From Vibrio alginolyticus NBRC 15630 = ATCC 17749 (lineage in GTDB: Bacteria > Pseudomonadota > Gammaproteobacteria > Enterobacterales > Vibrionaceae), in contig NC_022349.1 in assembly GCF_000354175.2 (NCBI RefSeq), positions 1,740,001-1,772,000 of the forward strand: a stretch of DNA of 32,000 nt, given 5' to 3'. Numbering within the stretch: position 1 is the first letter of the stretch; each line of letters begins with the position of its first letter. This document shows positions 1-9,622 of the stretch, one piece after another. Position numbers and translations under genes: made by a program. The notes beneath the pieces are model-generated. The model was not told the DNA's origin, did not search any database, and was given only the letters and a program-made list of their open reading frames with translations.

Positions 1-146
1 AATGGGGAGAACAAAGTCCTCATCGCCCTTTCTGCAGTAAACAATGCCAAATGATTGATTTTGGTGAATGGGCAGATGAAGAAAACACCATCCCAGGCGC
101 ACCCGATATGTCCGATAGTGATGGCTGGTCTGAAGACCAGTATTAA
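1..146 (+). CDS. yacG: DNA gyrase inhibitor YacG, C-terminal fragment (5' end outside window)
   Basis: Reading from nt 3 gives [47 protein letters not shown]-stop (TAA at 144-146). This matches the conserved second half of the YacG zinc ribbon (E. coli: ...[23 protein letters not shown]... with an acidic SESDDWSE tail). It is missing from the ORF track only because no start codon lies in the window. A hairpin terminator follows. Confidence 0.8.
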   Translation, partial: WGEQSPHRPFCSKQCQMIDFGEWADEENTIPGAPDMSDSDGWSEDQY

Positions 147-153
147 ATTGAGG

Positions 154-186
154 CCTAGGGTAAAGGAATACCCTAGGTTTCTTCTT
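154..186 (+). terminator. Rho-independent terminator of yacG
   Basis: Perfect 9-bp stem CCTAGGGTA (154-162) / TACCCTAGG (169-177) with a 6-nt loop, followed by TTTCTTCTT (178-186). It starts 8 nt after the yacG stop. Confidence 0.7.
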
Positions 187-189
187 GGG

Positions 190-320
190 GAATCTGAATC
201 ACGGTCCTTCGTCGCTATCCAGAATGACGAATTTTAACCACGGTACTCTGTAATCTTTGACCATCATTTCCTGTCATTCCGAGGAGCCATAGCGACATTA
301 AGAATCTACTAACAGCAAAG
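190..320. repeat. Intergenic repeat element, copy 1 (~130 bp, imperfect inverted termini)
   Basis: Aligns colinearly with 360-490 at a 170-nt offset, with one 1-nt indel and roughly 20 mismatches counted by eye. Contains the hairpin TTCGTC (208-213) / GACGAA (226-231). Confidence 0.7.
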
Positions 321-359
321 ATGAAGCTAACAACTTAAACAATTGCATTCTCGACTAGT

Positions 360-490
360 AGATTCTGAATCACGCTCCTTCGTCGCCTTCAAAATGACGA
401 ATTTTAACCTCGGTGCTATATAATCTTTGGCCATCATTTCCCGTTATTCAGAGAAGCCATAGCGACATCAGGAATCTATTCACAGCAAGG
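360..490. repeat. Intergenic repeat element, copy 2
   Basis: Second copy of the 190-320 unit. Terminal inverted repeats are TAGATTCTGA (359-368) and TCAGGAATCTA (468-478). Contains the hairpin TTCGTC (379-384) / GACGAA (396-401). Confidence 0.7.
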
Positions 491-552
491 TAGAGGCGTG
501 GAGTGTACGTCAGTGCAGGCGGATGAAAAGAAACGAGCAAGCTAATTACACA

Positions 553-585
553 AATAAAAAAACGGAGCCCTAAAAGGACTCCGTT
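553..585 (-). terminator. Rho-independent terminator of rplS (rpsP operon)
   Basis: On the minus strand: AACGGAGUCC-UUUUA-GGGCUCCGUU followed by UUUUUUUA. The 10-bp stem needs a G.U pair that exists only in the minus-strand RNA; the plus strand has a C/A mismatch there. It lies 26 nt after the rplS stop. Confidence 0.8.
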
Positions 586-610
586 TAAGATGAGAACGCT
601 AGTTATAGCA

Positions 611-964
611 TTACTTCTTAGCAAGTTTCTCTTTGATACGAGCAGACTTACCAGAACGCTCACGTAGGTAGTACAACTTGGCACGACGTACTGCACCACG
701 GCGTTTAACTTCGATGCTATCAACGATTGGAGAGTGTGTTTGGAACGTACGCTCAACACCTTCACCGTTAGAGATCTTACGTACAGTGAAAGCAGAGTGT
801 AGACCACGGTTACGGATTGCGATTACAACGCCTTCGAAAGCCTGTAGACGCTCACGGTCACCTTCTTTTACCTTAACTTGAACTACAACAGTGTCACCTG
901 GTGCAAATTTAGGTAGGTCTGATTTCATTTGCTCTTCTTCAAGAGCTTTGATGATGTTACTCAT
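611..964 (-). CDS. rplS: 50S ribosomal protein L19
   Basis: The 117-aa translation [54 protein letters not shown]... is near-identical to enterobacterial L19. It is the last gene of the conserved rpsP-rimM-trmD-rplS operon. Confidence 0.97.
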
Positions 965-1005
965 TTTTTAAATTCCTAGAATAAACTGATACTAAATAAA
1001 TTAGG

Positions 1006-1767
1006 TTACTTTGCGTTATGTTCTTTAATGGCTTTATGCTCATTAACAAACTCAGCAAGTAATTGTTCCTGTTCGTCAGTCAGAGCTAGGTTTTCCAGGA
1101 GCTCTGGTCTTCTTAGCCAAGTACGGCCCAACGACTGCTTGAGTCGCCATTGACGAATGTCCTTGTGATTGCCTGACATCAGTACCGCTGGTACCTCTTT
1201 GTCATCCAATACTTCTGGACGCGTATAGTGAGGGCAATCTAACAAGCCATTTGCAAAAGAGTCTTCTTCTGCTGACGCGAAATCCCCTAGTACACCCGGA
1301 ACAAACCGAGAGACAGAGTCGATTAACGTCATGGCTGGTATCTCACCACCCGTCATCACAAAATCACCAATCGACCATTCTTCGTCGACTTCAGATTGAA
1401 TGATGCGCTCATCTACCCCTTCATAACGACCACAAATCAGAAGCAAGTTCTCATTCGTTGCCAGTTCTTCCACTCCTTTCTGGTCGAGCTTGCGACCTTG
1501 AGGAGAAAGGTAGATGACTTTCGTCTTGCCCGGTGAGGCTGCTTTCGCGGTATGAATGGCATCGCGCAAAGGCTGAACCATCATTAACATACCAGGGCCT
1601 CCACCGTAAGGTCGGTCATCGACTGTGCGATGTTTGTCGTGAGTGAAATCTCTAGGATTCCAAGTCTCAATCGACAAAAGACCTTTTTTAACCGCTTGAC
1701 CTGTTACTCCAAAATCAGTAACAGAACGGAACATTTCTGGAAAAAGGCTAATAACGCCAACCCACAT
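1006..1767 (-). CDS. trmD: tRNA (guanine37-N1)-methyltransferase
   Basis: 253 aa. [13 protein letters not shown]...[18 protein letters not shown]...[24 protein letters not shown] is colinear with E. coli TrmD throughout. Confidence 0.97.
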   Translation of the reverse strand: MWVGVISLFPEMFRSVTDFGVTGQAVKKGLLSIETWNPRDFTHDKHRTVDDRPYGGGPGMLMMVQPLRDAIHTAKAASPGKTKVIYLSPQGRKLDQKGVEELATNENLLLICGRYEGVDERIIQSEVDEEWSIGDFVMTGGEIPAMTLIDSVSRFVPGVLGDFASAEEDSFANGLLDCPHYTRPEVLDDKEVPAVLMSGNHKDIRQWRLKQSLGRTWLRRPELLENLALTDEQEQLLAEFVNEHKAIKEHNAK

Positions 1768-1794
1768 GTTTATCTCGCTCTGTAATTTTGGAGA

Positions 1795-2343
1795 TTAGAA
1801 TCCAGGATCCCAGTCAACTTCGATCCGTTGAGCTTCGCGATCAACATTAATGATCACTTGCTCTTCAAGGAACGGGATTAATCGTTCCTTCTGCCCGAAA
1901 GCATCTTTAAGATTTGCTTTAACAACCAGAACATCGTTTGAGCCAGTTTCTAGCATGTCAGTAACGACACCTAGATCGTAACCTTTAGTAGTTACAACTT
2001 GCATCCCAAACAATTCGCGCCAGTAGAACTCATCTTCTGACAATTCAGGAAGTACCGCAGGGTCAATAGCAATTTCAAAGTTCGTCATTAGATGCGCGTC
2101 TTCACGAACATCCATGCCTTCCAGCTTAGCCACCATACCTTTGTTATGGCGCTTCCAGCTTTCTACTTTGTACTCAACCCACTTGCCCTTTTGGTTAATG
2201 TACCAAGGGCTGTAATCGAAAATGCTTTCAGCATTGTCTGTGTAGGAAAAAACCTTAAGCCAACCACGAATGCCGTAAGTAGCACCAAACTTGCCTACAA
2301 CAATCTTTTCGTTGCTCATTGTTTCTTTACCTTTCATCGACAT
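1795..2343 (-). CDS. rimM: Ribosome maturation factor RimM
   Basis: 182 aa, with the C-terminus ...[28 protein letters not shown]...IEVDWDPGF as in E. coli RimM (182 aa). The start is ambiguous: ATGs at 2343, 2337 and 2319, none with a strong SD. Confidence 0.93.
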   Translation of the reverse strand: MSMKGKETMSNEKIVVGKFGATYGIRGWLKVFSYTDNAESIFDYSPWYINQKGKWVEYKVESWKRHNKGMVAKLEGMDVREDAHLMTNFEIAIDPAVLPELSEDEFYWRELFGMQVVTTKGYDLGVVTDMLETGSNDVLVVKANLKDAFGQKERLIPFLEEQVIINVDREAQRIEVDWDPGF

Positions 2344-2372
2344 AAACTAGTTTCTACTTTTCAAGTAAAAAA

Positions 2373-2621
2373 TTAAGCCGCTTTTTGAGCGTCTTTAACT
2401 AGCTTAGCAACACGGTCAGATACTGACGCGCCTTGACCAACCCAGTGGTTAACGCGGTCTAGGTCTAGACGTAGACCTTCTTCTTGACCTTTAGCAGTTG
2501 GGTTGAAGAAACCAACTTTCTCGATGAAACGGCCAGTTGCAGCGTTGCGGCTGTCCGCTACTACGATTTGATAAAATGGACGCTTTTTAGCGCCGTGACG
2601 TGCCAAACGAATGGTTACCAT
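2373..2621 (-). CDS. rpsP: 30S ribosomal protein S16
   Basis: 82 aa. [41 protein letters not shown] is the canonical S16 sequence. SD AGAGGA lies upstream. Confidence 0.97.
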   Translation of the reverse strand: MVTIRLARHGAKKRPFYQIVVADSRNAATGRFIEKVGFFNPTAKGQEEGLRLDLDRVNHWVGQGASVSDRVAKLVKDAQKAA

Positions 2622-2830
2622 GTCGTCCTCTTTGCTTTCTCAAAAATAAAATTAACCCCAAAAACCATTCAAGAAATTAAACAGTTTGGGGTCTCGTGCC
2701 AAAATAAAGCTCCGGAATTTTACTCTTCTCCCGGAGCAATGCAAGGAGTTTAGTTACTTTTTCACCAACATAAATTGAATTTAAAGTTTGTGACGTACCT
2801 AACACCCTGAATCTATGCGTGATCGATTAA

Positions 2831-4213
2831 TTAACGACCAAATGGGTTGAAGCCACCGCCACCACCCATGCCGCCCATCATGCCTTGCATGTTGCGCATC
2901 ATGCCTTTCATGCCACCTTTTTGCATCTTTTTCATCATTTTCTGCATTTGGGTGAACTGTTTTAGTAAGCGGTTTACATCTTGAACCTGCACACCAGAAC
3001 CAGCCGCGATACGCTTCTTGCGCGAGCCCTTGATAATTTCTGGGCGTTGACGTTCTTTCATTGTCATGGAGCTGATGATCGCTTCCATCTGTTTGAACAT
3101 CTTGTCATCGACTTTGTCTTTTACATTGTCTGGTAGCTGGGACATTCCTGGAAGCTTATCCATCATCCCCATCATGCCGCCCATGTTTTGCATCTGGCCT
3201 AGCTGTTCACGGAAATCTTCAAGGTCAAAACCTTTCTTCTCTTTGAACTTCTTCGCTAACTTTTCTGCCTTTTCTTGGTCAACGTTGCGTTGTAGGTCTT
3301 CAATCAAAGACAAAACGTCACCCATGCCAAGAATACGTGAAGCAACACGATCTGGGTGGAACGGTTCTAGCGCGTCAGTTTTTTCACCGACACCCAAGAA
3401 TTTGATTGGCTTGCCCGTGACATGGCGTACTGAAAGTGCCGCACCACCACGAGCATCACCATCAACCTTAGTTAGAACTACACCGGTAAGAGGTAGCGCA
3501 TCGCCAAAGGCTTTTGCTGTATTTGCTGCGTCTTGACCCGTCATGGCGTCAACAACAAATAGCGTTTCTACTGGGTTGATAGCTGCGTGAAGATCTTTGA
3601 TCTCCCCCATCATCTCTTCATCAATTGCCAAACGACCTGCGGTATCGACAATAAGTACGTCGTAGAATTTTTTCTTCGCATGGTCAATCGCTGCATTGGC
3701 GATATCAATAGGCTTTTGGTCTGGTGATGATGGGAAGAAGTCAACACCGATGTCTGATGCCAGTGTTTCAAGCTGCTTGATTGCCGCAGGACGGTAAACG
3801 TCGGCAGACACAACCAAGACTTTCTTCTTGTCACGTTCTTTTAGAAGCTTAGATAACTTACCTACCGATGTGGTTTTACCCGCACCTTGTAGACCAGCCA
3901 TAAGAAGCACTGCAGGTGGTTGAGCAGCAAGGTTTAGCGCCTCATTCGACTCACCCATTACGGCTTCAAGTTCTGTTTGAACGATCTTGATAAATTCCTG
4001 ACCTGGAGTCAGAGATTTAGAAACTTCTACGCCCACCGCTTTTTCTTTAACGCGGTTCACAAATTCACGAACGACCGGAAGCGCAACGTCAGCTTCAAGT
4101 AGAGCCATTCGGACTTCACGCAGGGTTTCTTTAATGTTGTCTTCGGTCAGACGACCTTTACCACTGATATTTTTCAGCGTTTTGGATAATCGATCCGTTA
4201 AATTCTCAAACAT
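2831..4213 (-). CDS. ffh: Signal recognition particle protein Ffh
   Basis: 460 aa. SRP GTPase motifs GLQGAGKTT, DTAGR and TKVDGD are present, with a Met-rich M domain at the C-terminus (MGGMMGMM..., MQKMMKKMQKGGMKGMM). Confidence 0.97.
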   Translation of the reverse strand: MFENLTDRLSKTLKNISGKGRLTEDNIKETLREVRMALLEADVALPVVREFVNRVKEKAVGVEVSKSLTPGQEFIKIVQTELEAVMGESNEALNLAAQPPAVLLMAGLQGAGKTTSVGKLSKLLKERDKKKVLVVSADVYRPAAIKQLETLASDIGVDFFPSSPDQKPIDIANAAIDHAKKKFYDVLIVDTAGRLAIDEEMMGEIKDLHAAINPVETLFVVDAMTGQDAANTAKAFGDALPLTGVVLTKVDGDARGGAALSVRHVTGKPIKFLGVGEKTDALEPFHPDRVASRILGMGDVLSLIEDLQRNVDQEKAEKLAKKFKEKKGFDLEDFREQLGQMQNMGGMMGMMDKLPGMSQLPDNVKDKVDDKMFKQMEAIISSMTMKERQRPEIIKGSRKKRIAAGSGVQVQDVNRLLKQFTQMQKMMKKMQKGGMKGMMRNMQGMMGGMGGGGGFNPFGR

Positions 4214-4437
4214 CTTTGTCTCTTCGCTAAAATGGCGATTAATTAGTGTGAGTATACATTAGCCAAGGTCTGAGTCATACCCGTACCGCTGTCCTATTCT
4301 TGTCTCTATTTATATATGGTGCGGTAACTTATTAATTTCAATATCTCATCTCTCACGATTGATGTCGGATATATCGTAGCCCCAAAGTGTAATGCAAGGT
4401 ATAATTTCTCCATCGTGCACAATAATATTTAGGATTC

Positions 4438-5232
4438 ATGGATAGCTTAATAGCCATCGCGGCCGCCATACTTTATGTCTTGGCGATTGCGACCATCATA
4501 CCCGGACTCTCACAACAGTCAGGAATCAAAGCAAAAACAGTGTTTGCTAGCGCTGCCTGTGCGCTTGTTTTTCATGCGTGGATTTTGAGTGATCTGATTT
4601 TTGATGGTTCAGGTCAAAACCTGAGTATTCTCAACGTGGCTTCTTTGATCAGTTTTATTATTTCTCTGGTCATGAGCCTTGCTATGTTGAAAAACCGACT
4701 GTGGTTTTTATTGCCTGTCGTTTATAGCTTTGCTGCCATCAATTTATCTGCTGCCACATTTTTGCCAAGCACGTTTATAAAGCACCTAGAGAATGACCCT
4801 AAGCTACTCATTCATATTTCATTTGCGCTCTTCTCATACGCGACTTTAACTATCGGGGCACTCTATGCGCTTCAGTTGGCTTGGCTGGATCACAAACTGA
4901 AAGCAAAAAAATCTTTGGCGATTAACCCAAACCTGCCGCCTCTATTAATGGTGGAGCGTCAACTCTTCAAAATCATTTTGATCGGTAACTTATTGTTAAC
5001 TGCCACGCTCATTACTGGCTTTGTCTTTGTGCAGGATATGTTTGCCCAAGGTAAGGCACATAAGGGCATTCTTTCTTTCATCGCTTGGGTGGTGTACTCA
5101 ATACTGCTTTGGGGTCACTATCAAAAAGGCTGGCGTGGTAGAAAAGTCACATGGTTCGCTGTTGCAGGAGCAACACTGTTAACTCTGGCATATTTTGGCA
5201 GTCGCTTTGTAAAAGAAATCATCTTGAATTAA
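4438..5232 (+). CDS. ypjD: Inner-membrane protein YpjD (cytochrome c assembly/CcsA-like family)
   Basis: 264 aa and hydrophobic throughout, with multiple TM segments. It is divergent from ffh and directly upstream of yfjD, as in E. coli. SD AGGA lies 4 nt before the ATG. Confidence 0.8.
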   Translation: MDSLIAIAAAILYVLAIATIIPGLSQQSGIKAKTVFASAACALVFHAWILSDLIFDGSGQNLSILNVASLISFIISLVMSLAMLKNRLWFLLPVVYSFAAINLSAATFLPSTFIKHLENDPKLLIHISFALFSYATLTIGALYALQLAWLDHKLKAKKSLAINPNLPPLLMVERQLFKIILIGNLLLTATLITGFVFVQDMFAQGKAHKGILSFIAWVVYSILLWGHYQKGWRGRKVTWFAVAGATLLTLAYFGSRFVKEIILN

Positions 5233-5356
5233 GGAGCTCTAGGGCTCCTATCCTTTATATTTTAGGCTAGATAAAATACAGTACGCCTTAACTCTTTGAC
5301 TTAACGGACTTACTCAACCGTTATATAACCCAATACTTACAAGGAACAGCAACGTT

Positions 5357-6637
5357 TTGGACGACATCTCTACGGGTATCTTGTTTGCGCTACTCGCGTG
5401 TCTTATCGTCATATCAGGTTACTTTTCCGGTTCAGAAACAGGGATGATGTCTCTGAATCGTTATCGCTTAAAACACTTAGCCAAAAACGGGCATAAGGGT
5501 GCTAAGCGAGTCGAAAGACTATTAGACCGTCCAGATCGTTTGATTGGTCTTATTCTTATCGGCAACAACCTCGTTAATATTCTCGCGTCTGCTATCGCAA
5601 CCATTATTGGTATGCGTTTGTATGGTGATTTAGGTGTCGCTATCGCAACCGGTGCACTAACTATGGTTGTATTGGTTTTTGCCGAGGTTACCCCTAAAAC
5701 AATTGCAGCGCTTTACCCTGAACGTGTGTCCTACGCGAGCAGTATATTATTGACCATACTGATGAAGTTACTGTCGCCTTTAGTGATGCTTGTTAACTTT
5801 ATTACGAATGGCTTTATCCGCTTACTTGGTGTAAGAGCGGATCACTCAGCAGAAGATCATCTTAGCTCCGATGAGCTGCGTACGGTAGTAAATGAAGCTG
5901 GCGGTTTGATCCCTCGCCGACACCAAGACATGCTGGTGTCTATTTTGGATCTTGAGCACGTCACCGTGAACGACATTATGGTCCCACGCAATGAAATTAC
6001 TGGTATCGATATTAACGACGACTGGAAATCCATTGTTCGTCAACTAACCCACTCACCACATGGGCGCATAGTTTTCTATCGTGACCAAATTGATGAAGTG
6101 GTTGGCATGCTGCGCTTGCGTGAAGCTTATCGTCTGATGTTGGAAAAGAACGAATTCAACAAAGAAACGCTATTACGTGCTGCTGATGAGGTCTATTACA
6201 TCCCAGAAGGCACACCACTGAACGTGCAAATGTTGAAATTCCAACGTAACAAGCAACGTATCGGTCTGATCGTGGATGAGTACGGTGATATCATCGGTCT
6301 AATTACTCTTGAAGATATTCTGGAAGAGATCATTGGTGAGTTCACGACGTCAATTTCTCCAAGCCTCTCTGATGAAATCAGTCCTCAAGGTGACGGAAGC
6401 TTTCTTATTGAAGGCAGCACCAATATCCGAGATATCAACAAAGGCCTGAAATGGGATTTACCAACGGATGGTCCGAGAACGCTAAACGGGCTCATTTTAG
6501 AACACTTGGAAGATATTCCTGAGAGCCATCTAAGTGTGAGAGTGGCTGGTCATCCAATGGAGCTTGTTGAGATTGAAGAGAACCGAATCAAGCTCGTTCG
6601 TGTTTATCCGAAGAAGAAAAAATCGACATCCAAATAA
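5357..6637 (+). CDS. yfjD: CNNM/CorB-family transporter (DUF21 TM domain + CBS pair + CorC_HlyC domain)
   Basis: 426 aa, colinear with E. coli YfjD/CorB (YFSGSETGMMSLNRYRLKHLAK..., LIGNNLVNILASA, VMVPRNEI, VDEYGDIIGLITLEDILEEI). The start codon is TTG at 5357. Confidence 0.9.
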   Translation: MDDISTGILFALLACLIVISGYFSGSETGMMSLNRYRLKHLAKNGHKGAKRVERLLDRPDRLIGLILIGNNLVNILASAIATIIGMRLYGDLGVAIATGALTMVVLVFAEVTPKTIAALYPERVSYASSILLTILMKLLSPLVMLVNFITNGFIRLLGVRADHSAEDHLSSDELRTVVNEAGGLIPRRHQDMLVSILDLEHVTVNDIMVPRNEITGIDINDDWKSIVRQLTHSPHGRIVFYRDQIDEVVGMLRLREAYRLMLEKNEFNKETLLRAADEVYYIPEGTPLNVQMLKFQRNKQRIGLIVDEYGDIIGLITLEDILEEIIGEFTTSISPSLSDEISPQGDGSFLIEGSTNIRDINKGLKWDLPTDGPRTLNGLILEHLEDIPESHLSVRVAGHPMELVEIEENRIKLVRVYPKKKKSTSK

Positions 6638-6644
6638 CCAAAAG

Positions 6645-6670
6645 AAAAGCCTGACTCATGTCAGGCTTTT
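6645..6670. terminator. Bidirectional terminator between convergent yfjD and luxS
   Basis: AAAAGCCTGAC-TCAT-GTCAGGCTTTT forms a perfect 11-bp stem including flanking A/T pairs, giving A-run/T-run symmetry usable on both strands. Confidence 0.8.
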
Positions 6671-6704
6671 TACTTATTGGGGCAATATGCTTCTTAATGA
6701 GCAC

Positions 6705-7223
6705 CTAGTCGATGCGCAACTCTTTTAACATCGACTCAGGCAAAGCAAGTTCATCATTTTTGTTCACCGAAACACCAGCATCCAAAATGTTCTTTGCGAT
6801 CTGTTGTGCTTCTTTTAAAGAGTGCATTGCTGCCGTGCCGCATTGGTATTCGTTAAGTTCAGGGATCTTATTCTGACTTTCTACCTTCAGCACATCTTCC
6901 ATTGCTGCAATCCAAGCATCTGCGACTTGCTGCTCTGATGGTGTGCCAATCAGGCTCATGTAAAAACCTGTGCGGCAACCCATAGGCGAAATATCGATGA
7001 TCTCAACAGAATCACCGTTTAGGTGATTACGCATAAAGCCTGCATAAAGGTGCTCTAGGGTGTGAATACCTTTTTCAGAAAGAATGTCTTTGTTTGGCGC
7101 AGTAAAGCGTAAGTCGAAAACAGTAATCGTATCCCCTTTTGGGGTCTGCATGGTTTTCGCCACTCGTACAGCGGGTGCGTTCATACGAGTGTGGTCCACG
7201 GTAAAACTATCGAGTAAAGGCAT
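6705..7223 (-). CDS. luxS: S-ribosylhomocysteine lyase (autoinducer-2 synthase)
   Basis: The translation from [31 protein letters not shown]... (172 aa) matches Vibrio LuxS and includes the HTLEH metal site and the SPMGCRTG cysteine. The ORF track extends 19 codons upstream to 7280, but the family N-terminus is MPLLDSF and AGGAG sits 7 nt before the ATG at 7223. Confidence 0.95.
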   Translation of the reverse strand: MPLLDSFTVDHTRMNAPAVRVAKTMQTPKGDTITVFDLRFTAPNKDILSEKGIHTLEHLYAGFMRNHLNGDSVEIIDISPMGCRTGFYMSLIGTPSEQQVADAWIAAMEDVLKVESQNKIPELNEYQCGTAAMHSLKEAQQIAKNILDAGVSVNKNDELALPESMLKELRID

Positions 7224-7307
7224 TACATCTCTCCTGATTGTAACTCCAGTACCTTTCGGTAATGGATAAATGTCATTCATCCCTACAGCACATGAACTGA
7301 CTGTGGG

Positions 7308-7922
7308 CTAAAAGAACCAGCTGCTGTTGTCTTCTAATTCCTGACGACATTGCTTCAGCTGCCAGCCATAAGTTTTCGCTGTTTGTTCAACACGTCGAGC
7401 GACTTTGATTAAACTAGGCTTTCGATTATAAGTACCTCGCTTATACCCACCTCGCCCTTCATGATAAGCCAGATACTGGTTATAGGGATCCCATAATGAA
7501 ATCCCTAGCTGACGCCGTGTTTCATGAGTATACCAACCGACAAACATCATAGAATCATCGAAGTTGGTACGAGAGCCACCCTGACCTGTGGCATCTTGGA
7601 AGTCTTCCCAAGCAGGGTCTTGAGCTTGAGCGTAACCATACGCACTGCTGACTCGTCCCCAAGGAATAAACCCTAGCAAATAATCTTTAGGTGGTTTTGC
7701 ATCGTGCCGAAAGCTGCTTTCTTGTTTAATGATGGCCATAGCGACATGAATAGGGGTCCCCCATTCATCTTCCATATCTTTGGCATCATCGTACCAACCG
7801 GATTTCTCTCGGAATATCTCGCATAAGTTATTCTGCTGCTTTGGCGGTGCCGTAGCACAACCTGCAAGTAACACGCTTCCAAGTACCGCTACTACTGACG
7901 ACTTAATGTTCAACCGCACCAA
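7308..7922 (-). CDS. Lipoprotein with lytic-transglycosylase (SLT-like) motifs
   Basis: Signal peptide plus lipobox (VLGSVLLAGC). Family-1 transglycosylase-type motifs are present: IIKQESSF (catalytic E-S), AYGYAQAQ and YLAYHEGRGGY. The start is ambiguous: TTG 7922, GTG 7919 or TTG 7913, with AAGGA immediately upstream. It begins only 14 nt after the gshA stop. Confidence 0.7.
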   Translation of the reverse strand: MVRLNIKSSVVAVLGSVLLAGCATAPPKQQNNLCEIFREKSGWYDDAKDMEDEWGTPIHVAMAIIKQESSFRHDAKPPKDYLLGFIPWGRVSSAYGYAQAQDPAWEDFQDATGQGGSRTNFDDSMMFVGWYTHETRRQLGISLWDPYNQYLAYHEGRGGYKRGTYNRKPSLIKVARRVEQTAKTYGWQLKQCRQELEDNSSWFF

Positions 7923-7936
7923 TCCTTAGTTAGTCA

Positions 7937-9505
7937 TTACTGCTTCAGGTAAGCAAAGTAATCTTCCAAAAAATCATCAAAAGAAAGCGTATCACTCTGC
8001 TCTGCTTGCTTTTGTTTTTCCACGGACGACGCTACTTCCGTTTCCATCGTATCTTGTGAATAGTACTGATAACCGTGAGCTAGGTTTTCATCACGGTACT
8101 TCATACCAAGAGTACAACCAACTTTACCTAGCCCACCCAGCTCTTTCGTTAGCTCTAATAGTTGACCAGAGATCGTTAGTTCTGGGTTATCAATCCATGT
8201 CTCGAGTTGATTACACACATCTTGGTATGCACTGCCACCAGCGGTCATATCCATTTGCTGTGCTATTTGACGTAACTCGACGAAAACTCGGTGTGCCCAA
8301 TCTTGTAGAGATAGACGCTCACCTTGGCAACCAATTTGCAGCATTAGACCTTTTTCACGGCCAGAAACAATGACTTTATTCCAGTTATCGCGCCAACACT
8401 CTAATTCACAGTTATCCATAGGGTCTGAGTCTGACAAGGCCGCCCAGGTAAGGAAGAGATCCAAGAATCGTACTTGCTCTTCATTTAAACCCACTGCGCT
8501 GAATGGGTTAACATCTAGAGAACGAACTTCAATGTATTCGACACCACCGCGTCGTAACGCATCTGAAGGCTTCTCACCACTTTTCGATACACGTTTTGGA
8601 CGAATCGGAGCGTACAGTTCATTCTCAATTTGTAAGATATTGGAATTAAGCTGGCGGTATTCACCATCAACTTTTACCCCAACTTTCGCAAACTCTTCTG
8701 ATGGGTGGCGAATCGCATCACTCAAACCATCGAGGTATTGGTCAATGCTGTTAAAACCAATTTTCAGCACACTTTGAGCACTATTGGTATAGCCAAGATC
8801 GCTCAAACGCAAAGACGTCGACTTCGGCAAATATAATGTCCCGCCAATCTTCTCGAATGGCAGATCGGTTTCACGACCTTGAATAAAAGAGCCACACAAC
8901 GCTGGTGATGCACCAAAGAAGTAGGGAATCATCCAGCCAAAGCGGTAGTAATTACGGATCAACGCAAAGTACGCATCAGACTTAGCATCTTGGCGGGCTT
9001 GTTCATCTTGCTCGCCATAGAGCGCATCCCAAAATGTTTCAGGAAATGAGAAGTTAAAATGGACACCTGAAATTATTTGCATCAGGCTGCCATAGCGACG
9101 CTTTAGACCTTCTCGGTACAGCGTTTTCATTTTCGCTGCATTCGAAGAGCCATACTGGGCTAACTGAATATCATCCTCTGAGCCGACGTAGCAAGGCATT
9201 GATAGTGGCCACATTTTCTCTTCACCCATTTTGGTTTGAGTGAAATGATGGATATCTTTCAGCTGTGCCATCAGTTCTGGAATTTCATGTGACACAGGCG
9301 TAATGAACTCTAACAATGATTCCGAAAAATCCGTTGTGATCCATTGATTTGTGAACGCAGAGCCTAACCCTTCAGGATGAGGAGTTGTAGCTAGATGTCC
9401 ATCCTGACGATAGCGCAAAGTTTCTCGCTCAACACCGCGTCCAAACTGCTTAAATACTTCGGGGTTTGATGCAACTTTTTTTAGTCGCGCAGCAAAATCA
9501 GTCAA
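7937..9505 (-). CDS. gshA: Glutamate-cysteine ligase
   Basis: 522 aa, of full length and colinear with E. coli GshA ([11 protein letters not shown]..., [31 protein letters not shown]). Confidence 0.95.
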   Translation of the reverse strand: MTDFAARLKKVASNPEVFKQFGRGVERETLRYRQDGHLATTPHPEGLGSAFTNQWITTDFSESLLEFITPVSHEIPELMAQLKDIHHFTQTKMGEEKMWPLSMPCYVGSEDDIQLAQYGSSNAAKMKTLYREGLKRRYGSLMQIISGVHFNFSFPETFWDALYGEQDEQARQDAKSDAYFALIRNYYRFGWMIPYFFGASPALCGSFIQGRETDLPFEKIGGTLYLPKSTSLRLSDLGYTNSAQSVLKIGFNSIDQYLDGLSDAIRHPSEEFAKVGVKVDGEYRQLNSNILQIENELYAPIRPKRVSKSGEKPSDALRRGGVEYIEVRSLDVNPFSAVGLNEEQVRFLDLFLTWAALSDSDPMDNCELECWRDNWNKVIVSGREKGLMLQIGCQGERLSLQDWAHRVFVELRQIAQQMDMTAGGSAYQDVCNQLETWIDNPELTISGQLLELTKELGGLGKVGCTLGMKYRDENLAHGYQYYSQDTMETEVASSVEKQKQAEQSDTLSFDDFLEDYFAYLKQ

Positions 9506-9622
9506 AATGAGGTTCGCTTATATTGGGAGCAGGACACTTGTTACATAACACAAGTGTAAGCTAAGTTATTGATAGTTAATGCATCTAGATAAATAACCCA
9601 CGAAAAGTTGCTTATCTAGATG

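Noticed and set aside
55-237. 60-aa ORF on the plus strand
   Set aside because: It is out of frame with the well-supported yacG C-terminus. It also spans the yacG terminator hairpin and the start of repeat copy 1, and it has no SD or family resemblance.
230-450. Short minus-strand ORFs inside the two repeat copies (MMVKDYRVPWLKFVILDSDEGP and MMAKDYIAPRLKFVILKATKERDSESTSRECNCLSC)
   Set aside because: The copies differ in length and C-terminus. Most nucleotide differences are non-synonymous (A/V, I/R, A/V, R/W). The AGGA is too close to the first ATG. There is no sign of purifying selection on a peptide.
448-881. ORFs 448-807 (-) and 678-881 (+) overlapping rplS
   Set aside because: These are alternative-frame or antisense ORFs inside the highly conserved L19 gene and across its terminator. 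Their translations are low-complexity with no family features.
3066-3536. Long antisense ORFs inside conserved genes. Examples are 156 aa antisense to ffh, 8370-8777 antisense to gshA, 10935-11279 antisense to the M16 protease, 20918-21295 and 21524-21850 antisense to alaS, and 26977-27490 antisense to mutS.
   Set aside because: Such ORFs are typical by-products of codon bias on the opposite strand. Their translations are Ser/Arg/Ala/Thr-rich low-complexity sequence, they have no SD, and each is wholly contained in a gene with overwhelming homology support.
7224-7307. Possible MicA-like sRNA in the luxS upstream spacer, where micA lies in E. coli
   Set aside because: The spacer is only 84 nt. 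It has no terminator hairpin with a U-run on the plus strand and no resemblance to the MicA sequence as I remember it.
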